A DNA stretch of 64,000 bases, taken from contig JAQBXK010000006.1 in assembly GCA_027625145.1 (NCBI GenBank), positions 24,260 to 88,259 of the forward strand, in the 5' to 3' direction. The notes beneath the pieces were generated by a model, which ran no database searches, had not been told where the DNA came from, and worked only from the letters and a program-made list of their open reading frames with translations. Below, piece after piece: positions 45,942-56,240 of the stretch. This DNA is from Pseudomonadota bacterium. GTDB taxonomy: Bacteria; Pseudomonadota; Alphaproteobacteria; Puniceispirillales; Marisalimonadaceae. Within the stretch, counting starts at the first letter, position 1; the number at the start of each line of letters is the position of its first letter. Made by a program: the position numbers and the translations under genes.

Positions 45942-46023
45942 ATTTTTTTGTTCCTATTTTTTATTTTCATCTATATTTATACAGTTATTTTATAGCATAT
46001 AACTTTTGTAAGAAATATTAATC

Positions 46024-46536
46024 ATGATAAAAAAAATGTTAAAAATAAAAAATTTTTTTAGATCAACGAAAACAAATTACAAAAATGTTAAAAAAATTCA
46101 AAAAAACACTGAAACTTTTAAAGATTTTGTATCTTTAGCCCGTATAGAAATGGATAAAAATGGTCTCTTAGATTGGGGCTTGGAATTAGATTTTGCAAAA
46201 GTAAGAGCTGGGGCATGTCATTTTGGAGAGAGAAAAATTTCATTTTCTAGACATTTCCTAAAAAACTCAGATCAAAAGGATATTATAGATACTGTGCTTC
46301 ATGAAATTGCTCACGCTTTAGTTGGTCCTAAACATGGGCATGATAATGTTTGGAAAAATAAAGCTAGAGAATTAGGCTGTTCAGCACAAAGATGCCATTC
46401 TCTTGAATTTTCAGATTATAAATGGATCAGATTTTGTTCTAATGGATGCTGGGAACAAAAAATACATAGAAGAAAATCAAATTTAATTTGTAAAAAATGT
46501 AATTCAACAGTTCAATATAAGCCATTTATTGGATAA
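46024..46536 (+). CDS. SprT-like zinc metalloprotease-domain protein with C-terminal zinc ribbon
   Basis: It has the HEIAHAL (HExxH) motif and GHDNVWK. C-terminal Cys pairs are present (CSNGC...CKKC). Confidence 0.75.
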   Translation: MIKKMLKIKNFFRSTKTNYKNVKKIQKNTETFKDFVSLARIEMDKNGLLDWGLELDFAKVRAGACHFGERKISFSRHFLKNSDQKDIIDTVLHEIAHALVGPKHGHDNVWKNKARELGCSAQRCHSLEFSDYKWIRFCSNGCWEQKIHRRKSNLICKKCNSTVQYKPFIG

Positions 46537-46538
46537 TA

Positions 46539-46967
46539 TTATTTTCTAATTTCTTCTAACTCAATCAATGTTCCTGCAAAGTCAGCAGGATGAAGAAATA
46601 AAACGGGGTTCCCGTGAGCTCCAATTTTTGGTTTTCCATCTCCTAAAATTCTTGCTCCAGCTAATTCAAGTTTGTCTGAAGCATTTTTTAAATTTATAAC
46701 TTCATAACAAATATGATGCATTCCGCCATTAGGATTTTTTTCAAGAAATTTTTTAATAGGACTATTTTGTCCTAAAGGTTCTAACAATTCAACCTTTGAG
46801 TTAGATGAAACTATAAAGACTACAGTTACTCCGTGTTCTGGAAGTGGCATTGGATTACTTGTTGTTGCACCTAAAGCTATTTCCCAAAATGAAGCCGATT
46901 TTTTTAAATCAGGAACAGCTATTGCTATATGATTTAATCTACCAATATTTGATACAATTTCATCCAA
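46539..46967 (-). CDS. mce: Methylmalonyl-CoA epimerase (VOC/glyoxalase fold)
   Basis: Motifs are LNHIAIAV, HHICYEV and LIELEE. It lies divergent to pccB. Confidence 0.8.
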   Translation of the reverse strand: MDEIVSNIGRLNHIAIAVPDLKKSASFWEIALGATTSNPMPLPEHGVTVVFIVSSNSKVELLEPLGQNSPIKKFLEKNPNGGMHHICYEVINLKNASDKLELAGARILGDGKPKIGAHGNPVLFLHPADFAGTLIELEEIRK

Positions 46968-47125
46968 TGAATTATCTCCTTTAATATACAGTTATGAATT
47001 GTTATATATATTTCTTTAAACTTATTTGATTTAAGGTTGTTAAAATAATATAAAAATCATTATTATTCATTAATTATAATAATTTTTATAACTTAATAAG
47101 TGAATAATATTTTATAGAGGATTTA

Positions 47126-48673
47126 ATTATCAAAAAGACAGGTAGAGAAATAATATCAGAACTTCAATCTAGGAGAGAAAAAGCTCGTCTAGGTGGAGGT
47201 TTAGATAGAATAGAAAAACAACATAAATCTGGTAAGCTTACAGCTAGAGAAAGAATACTCACCTTATTAGACGAAGGATCTTTTGAAGAAACTGATATGT
47301 TTGTTGTTCATCGCATTAGAGACTTTGGAATGGATGGTAAAACTATTCCAGGAGATGGTGTTATTACGGGATCAGGAAAAATTAATGGCAGGCTTATTTA
47401 TGTTTATGCACAAGACTTCACTGTATTTGGGGGGTCTTTATCAGCCCCTCATGCAGCAAAGATAGTTAAAATAATGACTTTGGCTATTCAAAACAGAGCT
47501 CCAATTATAGGCCTTAATGATAGTGGGGGAGCAAGAATACAGGAAGGGGTGGAATCATTAGGTGGTTATGCAGATGTATTTCTTCAAAACGCTTTAGCAT
47601 CAGGTGTTGTTCCTCAAATTTCTATGATTATGGGCCCTTGCGCGGGTGGCGCTGTTTATTCTCCGGCAATGACAGATTTTACTTTTATGGTTAAAGGAAC
47701 TAGTTATATGTTTGTAACTGGGCCTGATGTTGTTAAAACCGTCACCTCTGAAGAAGTGACAGCCGAAGAACTTGGTGGAGCTGAAACTCATACTACTATA
47801 TCATCAGTTGCAGATGGTTCTTTTAATAATGATATTGAAGCTTTAATAGAGTTAAGAAGATTTTTAACTTTTCTTCCTTCTAGTAATGAAAATATAGCTC
47901 CAATAAGAAAAAATGAGGATCCCAAAACAAGAATTGCTCCTGCTTTAGATACTCTAATTCCAGAGAACCCAAATTTACCATACGACATGAAAGAATTAAT
48001 TTTAACAGTTGCTGATCAAAATGAATTTTTTGAACTTCAAGAAAACTATGCCAAAAATATATTAATTGGTTTTATTAGATTAGATGGACAAAGTATTGGT
48101 GTTGTAGCTAACCAACCTATGATTCTTGCAGGTTGTTTAGATATAGATTCAAGTCGAAAAGCTGCAAGATTTGTAAGATTTTGTGATGCATTTGATATTC
48201 CTATTTTAACTTTAGTGGACGTGCCGGGTTTTATGCCAGGAACAGCTCAAGAGTACGGTGGCATAATCAAGCATGGAGCAAAACTTTTATTTGCTTATGC
48301 TGAAGCAACAACTCCTAAAGTAACTTTAATTACTAGAAAAGCATATGGTGGTGCTTATGATGTTATGAGTTCAAAGCATTTAAGAGGAGACGCAAATTAT
48401 GCTTGGCCTACAGCTGAAATAGCCGTAATGGGAGCAAAAGGGGCAGTTGAAATTTTATATAGAAATGAGCTGAACGACCCAGAAAAAATTCAAAAAAGAA
48501 CGACTGATTATGAAGAAAGATTTGCTAATCCTTTTATTGCTGCAGAGAGAGGGTTCTTGGATGATGTAATTATACCAAATAATTCTAGATATAGGTTGAT
48601 TCAAGCATTTTCAAAGTTAAAAAATAAAATTCAAATTAATCCTAAAAAGAAGTTTGGTAATATTCCCCTTTAA
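47126..48673 (+). CDS. pccB: Propionyl-CoA carboxylase beta (carboxyltransferase) subunit; start inferred at ATT 47126 or ATC 47129, not ATG 47297
   Basis: The track ORF begins at ATG 47297. The same frame is open from 47108 and encodes the conserved N-terminus [46 protein letters not shown]. An AGAGGA SD lies at 47116-47121. Confidence 0.85.
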   Translation: MIKKTGREIISELQSRREKARLGGGLDRIEKQHKSGKLTARERILTLLDEGSFEETDMFVVHRIRDFGMDGKTIPGDGVITGSGKINGRLIYVYAQDFTVFGGSLSAPHAAKIVKIMTLAIQNRAPIIGLNDSGGARIQEGVESLGGYADVFLQNALASGVVPQISMIMGPCAGGAVYSPAMTDFTFMVKGTSYMFVTGPDVVKTVTSEEVTAEELGGAETHTTISSVADGSFNNDIEALIELRRFLTFLPSSNENIAPIRKNEDPKTRIAPALDTLIPENPNLPYDMKELILTVADQNEFFELQENYAKNILIGFIRLDGQSIGVVANQPMILAGCLDIDSSRKAARFVRFCDAFDIPILTLVDVPGFMPGTAQEYGGIIKHGAKLLFAYAEATTPKVTLITRKAYGGAYDVMSSKHLRGDANYAWPTAEIAVMGAKGAVEILYRNELNDPEKIQKRTTDYEERFANPFIAAERGFLDDVIIPNNSRYRLIQAFSKLKNKIQINPKKKFGNIPL

Positions 48674-48694
48674 TATTCAAAGAAGAAGTTAAAA

Positions 48695-50767
48695 ATGTTT
48701 AAAAAAATACTTATAGCTAATCGTGGTGAAATTGCGTGTAGAATTATAAATACAGCAAAAAAAATGAATATTCAAACTGTAGCAGTTTATTCAGACGCGG
48801 ATAGATTTGCAGAACATGTTAGATTAGCAGACGAATCAGTTTATCTTGGTCCATCTTTGGCAAAAGAGAGTTATTTAAAAAAAGATTTAATTATTAAGGC
48901 TTGTAAAGATACAGGATGTGAAGCAGTGCATCCGGGGTATGGTTTTTTGTCAGAAAATGCAGATTTTGCTGATGAATTAGATAAATCAGGTATCGTTTTT
49001 ATTGGTCCTTCGAAAACAGCTATTGCTTCTATGGGTGATAAAATAGAATCAAAAAAAATAGCTAAATCAGCTGAAGTTAATACTATTCCAGGATACATCG
49101 GCGTTATAGAAGACAAAGAAAAAGCTATAAAAATAGCCGATCAAATAGGTTACCCTGTTATGATAAAAGCAAGCGCCGGCGGTGGTGGAAAAGGAATGAG
49201 AGTAGCTTTTTCAAAAAATGAAGTTGCAGATGGCTTTGAAAGAGCAACAAGTGAAGCAATAAATAGTTTTGGTGACAAACGTGTTTTTATTGAAAAATTT
49301 ATTATAAATCCTAGGCATATTGAAATACAAGTTTTAGCAGATACTTTTGGTAACATAGTTTATTTAGGTGAAAGAGAGTGCTCAATCCAGAGAAGAAATC
49401 AAAAAGTTGTTGAAGAGGCTCCTTCACCTTTTCTAGATAAAAAAACTAGAGAATCTATGGGTGAACAAGCCATAAAGTTATCTAAAAGTGTCAGTTACTC
49501 TAGTGCTGGTACAGTTGAGTTTATTGTAGATAAAGATAAGAATTTTTTCTTCTTAGAAATGAACACGCGTCTTCAAGTAGAACATCCTGTTACTGAATTA
49601 GTTACTGGAATAGATTTAGTAGAACAAATGATTAGAATTGCATTTGGTGAAAAATTAAACTTTACACAAAAAGACGTTGTTTTAATTGGTTCGGCAATTG
49701 AAAGTCGGATATACGCAGAAAATCCATATAAAGGTTTTCTTCCTTCTATTGGAAGGCTAACTAAATATAGCCCACCTGAAGAAAGAAAACATGACGATAA
49801 TTCTATCACTAGGAATGATACTGGTGTTAGAGAAGGTGATGAGGTTTCTATGTTTTATGACCCAATGCTTGCAAAATTATGCACTTGGGGAGAAACAAGA
49901 GAAATAGCAATTAACAGAATGGAGTCATCCTTAGATCAATTTTCTATAGAAGGCATTGATCATAACATACCTTTTTTATCAGCAATTATAGGTAGCCAAA
50001 GGTTCAAATTAGGTAATTTAACAACAGCGTTTATTGATGAAGAATACCCAGAGGGTTTTAAAGGTCAATCTCCTAATGAAAATGAAGAATGGGTTTTGTC
50101 AGCTTTATTTCTAGTTTTTCATCTAAGTCAAATATCTAAAGATTTTCATGCTGAAGAAGGATTTTCTTCTGAGTGGGAAGTGCAAATGCAAGATAAATCT
50201 AAAGCAAATCTGTTAAACACTTTCTCTTATCAAATTAAAAGATCTTCAAATAAAAATAATGAATTTTATATTAAACCAAAGCCTTTAAAAAAAATAAATG
50301 GAATAATAGAAGATTATATAAAAGTTACAGTTGAAACAAATTATTTAACAAAAATTATTACATCTAACATTAATCTCTTTAAAGATGGGATCATAAAGTT
50401 TCCAAGTAAAATTGATTATAAAATAAAGTATATAAATCCATCAATTGAACTTAATTATAGAGGAATGACACTAAATGCTTTTGTTATTCCAAAACATGTC
50501 TCATCTTTATCTAAATATATGAAACCTATTAAATTAATAGACAAGTCAAATTTACTTATTTGCCCGATGCCCGGAAAACTAATTAAAATTATGGTTAATG
50601 AACAAGATAGTGTTGAAGAAGGTCAATCTTTATGTGTTGTTGAGGCAATGAAAATGGAAAACACATTAGTTGCGCAAAAACAAGGACAAATTAAAGCAAT
50701 TAAATTTAATGAGGGTGACACATTGTCAGTTGATCAAGTAATAATGGAATTTGAGTTTAATAAATAA
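48695..50767 (+). CDS. pccA: Propionyl-CoA carboxylase alpha (biotin carboxylase + BCCP) subunit
   Basis: It starts ILIANRGEIACRI and has an ATP-grasp domain. The biotinylation motif is EAMKMEN. Confidence 0.92.
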   Translation: MFKKILIANRGEIACRIINTAKKMNIQTVAVYSDADRFAEHVRLADESVYLGPSLAKESYLKKDLIIKACKDTGCEAVHPGYGFLSENADFADELDKSGIVFIGPSKTAIASMGDKIESKKIAKSAEVNTIPGYIGVIEDKEKAIKIADQIGYPVMIKASAGGGGKGMRVAFSKNEVADGFERATSEAINSFGDKRVFIEKFIINPRHIEIQVLADTFGNIVYLGERECSIQRRNQKVVEEAPSPFLDKKTRESMGEQAIKLSKSVSYSSAGTVEFIVDKDKNFFFLEMNTRLQVEHPVTELVTGIDLVEQMIRIAFGEKLNFTQKDVVLIGSAIESRIYAENPYKGFLPSIGRLTKYSPPEERKHDDNSITRNDTGVREGDEVSMFYDPMLAKLCTWGETREIAINRMESSLDQFSIEGIDHNIPFLSAIIGSQRFKLGNLTTAFIDEEYPEGFKGQSPNENEEWVLSALFLVFHLSQISKDFHAEEGFSSEWEVQMQDKSKANLLNTFSYQIKRSSNKNNEFYIKPKPLKKINGIIEDYIKVTVETNYLTKIITSNINLFKDGIIKFPSKIDYKIKYINPSIELNYRGMTLNAFVIPKHVSSLSKYMKPIKLIDKSNLLICPMPGKLIKIMVNEQDSVEEGQSLCVVEAMKMENTLVAQKQGQIKAIKFNEGDTLSVDQVIMEFEFNK

Positions 50768-50790
50768 TTATTTAAATTTAAGAGATTATA

Positions 50791-52971
50791 ATGGTTGAAA
50801 AAAAATCTAATTTAGAAAATTGGAAAATAAACGCTTTAAAAGAATTAAAGAAAAAAAATCTTGATGGCTTAATTATTGAGACCCCTGAAGGTATTAGTAT
50901 TAAACCTTTGTATACAGCTTTAGATATTGAAAATATAAACCATTTAGATAGCCTTCCAGGTGAAGAACCTTTTTTAAGAGGACCAAAGGCAACGATGTAC
51001 ACTGGAAGACCATGGACCATAAGGCAATATGCTGGGTTTTCAACTGCATTAGAATCAAATCAATTCTATAAAAAAAACCTAGCATCTGGACAAAAGGGCC
51101 TTTCTGTTGCTTTTGATTTAGCAACACATAGGGGATATGATTCTGATCATGAAAGAGTAAGGGGTGATGTTGGAAAAGCAGGGGTAGCTATTGATAGTGT
51201 AGAAGACATGAAAATTCTTTTTGATGGTATTCCTCTTGATCAAATGTCCGTTTCAATGACTATGAATGGAGCGGTTCTCCCTGTTTTGGCAGGCTATATC
51301 GTTGCAGGAGAAGAACAGGGAGTAAGTATTGAAAAGTTAAGTGGAACTATTCAAAATGATATTTTAAAGGAATTTATGGTTAGGAATACATACATTTATC
51401 CACCAGAACCATCAATGAGAATTGTATCAGATATCATCGGTTTTACTTCTAAAAAAATGCCTAAATTTAATTCTATATCAATATCTGGCTACCATATGCA
51501 AGAGGCGGGTGCTTCCTTGGTTCAAGAATTAGCCTTTACTATAGCAGATGGACTTGAGTATATTAGAGCGGCTTCTAAAAGAGGGTTATTGGTTGATGAT
51601 TTTGCGCCAAGATTATCATTTTTCTTTGCTATAGGAATGAATTTTTTTATGGAAGCTGCTAAATTAAGAGCAGCAAGATACTTATGGTCAATTTGGACAA
51701 AAAAACTATTTAATTGTCAAAATATAAAATCTCAAATGCTTCGAACTCATTGTCAGACTTCAGGAGCAAGCCTTCAAGAACAAGATCCATATAATAATAT
51801 AATAAGAACTACAGTTGAAGCTCTTGCTGCTACTTTAGGAGGGGCTCAATCTCTTCACACAAATTCATTTGACGAAGCGATAGGCTTACCAACACCTTTT
51901 TCTGCAAAAATTGCAAGAAACACTCAATTAATTTTACAAAATGAAACAGGTATTACAGACACTATAGATCCTTTGGCGGGGAGTTATTATGTTGAAAGCA
52001 TAACAAAGGAAATGATAGAAAAAGCAAATGAATTGATTGAGAAAATTGAAGAAATGGGAGGTATGACTGTTGCTGTAATAAAAGGTTATCCCAAAGCTGA
52101 AATTGAAAAATCTGCAACCAAACGTCAAGCAAGAGTTGACTCAGGTGAGCAAATTATCGTTGGCGTTAATAAATTCCAATCTGAATCCCAGGATAAAATT
52201 GAAGTTTTAGATATTGATAATAATGCTGTAAGGGAAGAGCAGATAAATAAATTAACAAATATTAAAAACACAAGAAACAATAAATTAGTCCAACAAGCCT
52301 TAGATAATATTAAAGACGCTGCAAAAAACAACTCTGGTAATTTACTTGATTTGAGCATTATTGCCATGAGAGAGCGAGCCACTGTTGGAGAATTATCTTA
52401 TGCGCTAGAACAAGTTTATGGACGATATGGGGTTAAACAAGAAATAGTTAAAAATATTTATAAAGAAACATATTTGAAAAAAGAAGATTTTATTAAAGTT
52501 GAAGATGCATTATCAAAATTTAAGGATATAGCTGGAGTCAATCCAAAAATTTTTATGGCTAAAATTGGGCAAGATGGTCATGATAGAGGTGCAAAGGTAA
52601 TAGCATCAGCTTTTATTGACTTTGGTTTTGATGTTGAAATAGGAACTTTATTCCAAACACCATCAGAAGCTGTTGATATGGCAATAAGTTATGGAGTTCA
52701 TATTATAGGAATTTCATCTCTGGCGGCAGGTCACAAAACATTAATACCTGAGTTGATAAATGAATTAAAAAAAAGAGGTGCGGATGATATTCTTGTAGTT
52801 TGTGGAGGAGTAATACCAGCACAAGATTATAATTTTTTATATGATGCAGGTGTTGCAGCTATTTTTGGTCCAGGCACGGCTATCCCAGAAGCAGCATCTA
52901 CAACTATTAATAAAGCTTCTGAACAATTAATGAGAATGCATAACTATAGAAAATCAAGAACAAATAATTAA
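50791..52971 (+). CDS. mcm: Methylmalonyl-CoA mutase, single large polypeptide with C-terminal cobalamin-binding domain
   Basis: It is 726 aa. Motifs are [21 protein letters not shown] and [12 protein letters not shown]. The B12-binding DxHxxG motif (DGHDRG) is at 52573-52590. Confidence 0.93.
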   Translation: MVEKKSNLENWKINALKELKKKNLDGLIIETPEGISIKPLYTALDIENINHLDSLPGEEPFLRGPKATMYTGRPWTIRQYAGFSTALESNQFYKKNLASGQKGLSVAFDLATHRGYDSDHERVRGDVGKAGVAIDSVEDMKILFDGIPLDQMSVSMTMNGAVLPVLAGYIVAGEEQGVSIEKLSGTIQNDILKEFMVRNTYIYPPEPSMRIVSDIIGFTSKKMPKFNSISISGYHMQEAGASLVQELAFTIADGLEYIRAASKRGLLVDDFAPRLSFFFAIGMNFFMEAAKLRAARYLWSIWTKKLFNCQNIKSQMLRTHCQTSGASLQEQDPYNNIIRTTVEALAATLGGAQSLHTNSFDEAIGLPTPFSAKIARNTQLILQNETGITDTIDPLAGSYYVESITKEMIEKANELIEKIEEMGGMTVAVIKGYPKAEIEKSATKRQARVDSGEQIIVGVNKFQSESQDKIEVLDIDNNAVREEQINKLTNIKNTRNNKLVQQALDNIKDAAKNNSGNLLDLSIIAMRERATVGELSYALEQVYGRYGVKQEIVKNIYKETYLKKEDFIKVEDALSKFKDIAGVNPKIFMAKIGQDGHDRGAKVIASAFIDFGFDVEIGTLFQTPSEAVDMAISYGVHIIGISSLAAGHKTLIPELINELKKRGADDILVVCGGVIPAQDYNFLYDAGVAAIFGPGTAIPEAASTTINKASEQLMRMHNYRKSRTNN

Positions 52972-52997
52972 AATTAATTTTCTTATGGGGTAGATAA

Positions 52998-54884
52998 TTG
53001 GCTAATTATAAGGATGTTTACAAAAGTTGGAAAGAAAATCCTTTAGACTTCTGGCTAGATCAAAGTAATGGAATAGATTGGGTAAGAAAACCAAAAAAAA
53101 TTATAGATGATAAAAATTACCCTTTTTATAAATGGTTTCCAGATGGTATTCTTAATACTAGCTTTAATGCCATAGATAGGCATGTAAATGCAGGCAGAGG
53201 CGAACAGGACGCTATAATTTATGATAGCCCAGTTACAAATATAAAACAGAAAATTTCATATTTAGAATTGCAATATAAAGTTTCACAATTTGCAGGAGCT
53301 TTATTAAAACTAAGTGTTCAAAAAAGTGATCGTGTAATTATCTATATGCCAATGATACCTGAGGCTATTGTCGCAATGTTAGCCTGTGCTAGAATTGGTG
53401 CAGTTCATTCTGTTGTGTTTGGAGGATTTGCATCGAATGAGTTGGCGGTCCGTATTGATGATTGTAAGCCTAAAATAATAGTTTCAGCTTCATGTGGTCA
53501 TGAACCCAATAAGATAATTGAATATAAACCTCTATTAAATAAAGCTTTAGAGATTGCAAGTCATCAAGTCAGTAAGTGTATTATATTTCAACGTGATAGT
53601 TTAAAGGTAGAACTAAATCCTAATCAAGACATCGAATGGAATGAAGCGATAGCAAATGTGCAATTAGCTGATCCTATTGATGTTGCTGCTAATGATCCTT
53701 TATATATTTTGTATACATCTGGAACAACTGGTCAACCAAAAGGGGTGGTAAGAGATAATGGAGGGCATGCAGTATCTTTAAAGTGGTCAATGAAAAATAT
53801 ATATAACATTAATCCCGGAGATGTTTATTGGGCTGCATCAGATATTGGATGGGTAGTTGGTCATTCTTATATTGTATATGCTCCTTTATTTCATGGTTGT
53901 ACAACAATTCTTTTTGAAGGCAAGCCAATTGGCACCCCAGATGCAGGGACCTTTTGGAGAATTATTTCAGAGTATAATGTTAAAGTTTTGTTTACAGCGC
54001 CCACAGCCTTAAGGGCAATTAAAAGAGATGATCCTGAAGGCCTTTATATAAAAAAATATGATTTAAGTAATTTTAAAGTTTTGTTTCTTGCTGGAGAAAG
54101 AGCTGATCCAGATACTGTTTTATGGTTAGAGAAAAAATTGAAAGTGCCAGTTATTGATCATTGGTGGCAAACTGAAACAGGATGGCCTATTGTAGCAAAC
54201 CCTCTTGGTATTGAAAATCTTCCTTTAAAGATTGGATCTCCAACCATAGCAATGCCAGGATATGATATACAAGTTTTATCAGATGAAGGTAAAGAAGTTA
54301 AAGCAGGAACTTTTGGAGCTATTGCAATAAAATTACCTTTACCCCCTGGATCTTTACCTACCTTATGGAATGCTAATAATCGTTTTATTGAAGCTTATTT
54401 ATCTAAGTTTCCTGGTTATTATGAAACAGGGGATGCAGGGTATAAAGATGAAGATGAATATTTATATATTATGTCGAGGACTGATGATGTGATTAATGTA
54501 GCAGGTCATAGACTTTCAACTGGTGCAATGGAAGAGGTTCTTTCAAATCATCCTGATGTGGCTGAATGTGCGGTTATAGGTGTTGCTGATAAGCTAAAAG
54601 GACAGGTTCCTTTAGGATTAATTTGTTTAAATAATGGATGTAATACTCCACATGAAGTTATCTGTAGAGAAGTTGTAGAGCTTGTTCGGGATCAAATTGG
54701 TCCAGTGGCAGCTTTTAAATCAGTCGCTATTGTTTCAGCTTTACCGAAGACTAGATCCGGGAAAATATTAAGGGCTACAATTGGAAAAATTGCTGATAAT
54801 ATTCCATGGAAAATGCCTGCAACTGTAGATAATCCTATAATTTTCGATGAAATTAAAAAAGCAATTAAACCTTTAGGGTATTAA
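52998..54884 (+). CDS. prpE: Propionate--CoA ligase (acyl-CoA synthetase, PrpE-like)
   Basis: It has a TTG start. Motifs are YTSGTTGQPKG, HWWQTETGW, YETGDAGYKDEDEYLYIMSRTDD and [11 protein letters not shown]. It is about 20 aa shorter than the acs product and sits next to the pcc and mcm genes. Confidence 0.8.
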   Translation: MANYKDVYKSWKENPLDFWLDQSNGIDWVRKPKKIIDDKNYPFYKWFPDGILNTSFNAIDRHVNAGRGEQDAIIYDSPVTNIKQKISYLELQYKVSQFAGALLKLSVQKSDRVIIYMPMIPEAIVAMLACARIGAVHSVVFGGFASNELAVRIDDCKPKIIVSASCGHEPNKIIEYKPLLNKALEIASHQVSKCIIFQRDSLKVELNPNQDIEWNEAIANVQLADPIDVAANDPLYILYTSGTTGQPKGVVRDNGGHAVSLKWSMKNIYNINPGDVYWAASDIGWVVGHSYIVYAPLFHGCTTILFEGKPIGTPDAGTFWRIISEYNVKVLFTAPTALRAIKRDDPEGLYIKKYDLSNFKVLFLAGERADPDTVLWLEKKLKVPVIDHWWQTETGWPIVANPLGIENLPLKIGSPTIAMPGYDIQVLSDEGKEVKAGTFGAIAIKLPLPPGSLPTLWNANNRFIEAYLSKFPGYYETGDAGYKDEDEYLYIMSRTDDVINVAGHRLSTGAMEEVLSNHPDVAECAVIGVADKLKGQVPLGLICLNNGCNTPHEVICREVVELVRDQIGPVAAFKSVAIVSALPKTRSGKILRATIGKIADNIPWKMPATVDNPIIFDEIKKAIKPLGY

Positions 54885-54893
54885 TTACTTAAT

Positions 54894-55904
54894 CTAAACT
54901 TTCATAATAAATTTACCAACATGATCTCCGGCCTCTAGAGCAGCATGTGCGTCACTTGCTTGGTCTAAGTCAAATTCTTTATGGATTACGGGTTTAATAT
55001 CTCCATTTTTCAACCATTCCCAAGCACCTTCAATTAAACTAACAACATATTGTGATTTAGCATCATTCGATTGAGGCCTTAATGTTGATCCTGAAATTGT
55101 TTGTCTTTTTATCATTATATTTGCGAAATTTATTTCGTCTTTTATTCCACCTTGAACAGCAATTATAATCAATCTACCGTCTAAATTTAAACATTTTAAG
55201 TTTCGAGGGACATAACTTCCAGCCACCATATCTAAAATTACATCAACACCTCTTCCAGATGTTAAATTATCAATTTCATCTTCAAAATTTAATTTTTTAT
55301 AATTAATACATTTAGTTGCGCCTAAATTCTCTGCAGCAAGACATTTTTGATCAGATCCAGCAGTCGCAAACACTGTCGATCCATAATGTTTTGCAAGTTG
55401 AATTGCTGTAGTTCCAATTCCACTTGCTCCACCATGAATAAGAACTGTTTCATTTTTTTTTAAATTACCTCTTATGAATAAATTGCTCCAGACTGTAATA
55501 AAAGTTTCAGGTATACATGCTGCTTCTTTCATGGAGTAACCATTAGGAATTGGCATGCAATGACCTTCTTCAACAGCGACATATTCTGCATATCCTCCGC
55601 CGTGACAAAGTGCACAAACTTTATCTCCTAATTTCCATTTAGAATTAAGATTCTTAATCTTAACAACTGTTCCTGAAACTTCTAGTCCAGGAAGGTCCGA
55701 CGCGGTTGGAGGAACTTTATAATTACCTTGCCTTTGCAATAAATCAGGTCTATTTACTCCTGCGTATGAAACTTTGATTAATATTTCGTTCCCTTTTATT
55801 TCAGGAAGAGGTCTAATACATTTTGTTAAATTTTCTGGGCCACCAAATTGTTTGATTTCAATAGCTTTCATTGTTTGTGGTAGAACTGTTTCTTTGGTTT
55901 CCAT
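54894..55904 (-). CDS. Zinc-independent MDR NAD(P)H:quinone oxidoreductase-like enzyme (PIG3/Qor type)
   Basis: Motifs are AGVNRPDLLQRQGNY, PGLEVSGTVV and HGGASGIGTTAIQLAK. Confidence 0.8.
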   Translation of the reverse strand: METKETVLPQTMKAIEIKQFGGPENLTKCIRPLPEIKGNEILIKVSYAGVNRPDLLQRQGNYKVPPTASDLPGLEVSGTVVKIKNLNSKWKLGDKVCALCHGGGYAEYVAVEEGHCMPIPNGYSMKEAACIPETFITVWSNLFIRGNLKKNETVLIHGGASGIGTTAIQLAKHYGSTVFATAGSDQKCLAAENLGATKCINYKKLNFEDEIDNLTSGRGVDVILDMVAGSYVPRNLKCLNLDGRLIIIAVQGGIKDEINFANIMIKRQTISGSTLRPQSNDAKSQYVVSLIEGAWEWLKNGDIKPVIHKEFDLDQASDAHAALEAGDHVGKFIMKV

Positions 55905-56006
55905 TTATTGCTCCAGATTTTTTTAATGAATGTGCCGTAATTCTGTCTTTATCTGTCATATTATAGCCATTTAAATTTATAAATATATACATGAAAGGAT
56001 ATTATT

Positions 56007-56234
56007 ATGATTTTTTTTATAGCCATCTATTCTATTTTAGCTTTGCAGGAACCTAATATAAGTAATTTTTTAAAAGAAGCGTCTAAAAATGGAAAAAACG
56101 AATATAGTTTTATTAAGCCTGTCCGATGTCAAAGTGGAAAATTAAGAGATGCATACGCTTTAACACCAATAGGAAAAATTGTCTTTAAGCAAGTTTCAAA
56201 AGATGGCTCAATAGGCTCTGCTTGTTTAAAATAA
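56007..56234 (+). CDS. Small hypothetical secreted or membrane-anchored protein (75 aa)
   Basis: An AAAGGA SD lies 8 nt upstream. It has a hydrophobic N-terminus and two Cys residues. I recognise no family. Confidence 0.4.
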   Translation: MIFFIAIYSILALQEPNISNFLKEASKNGKNEYSFIKPVRCQSGKLRDAYALTPIGKIVFKQVSKDGSIGSACLK

Positions 56235-56240
56235 TTAAAG

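Noticed and set aside
46968-47125. I considered a possible regulatory RNA or leader in the epimerase / pccB divergent region.
   Set aside because: No stable stem or conserved motif is recognisable. The main anomaly there is the non-canonical pccB start, which is reported separately.
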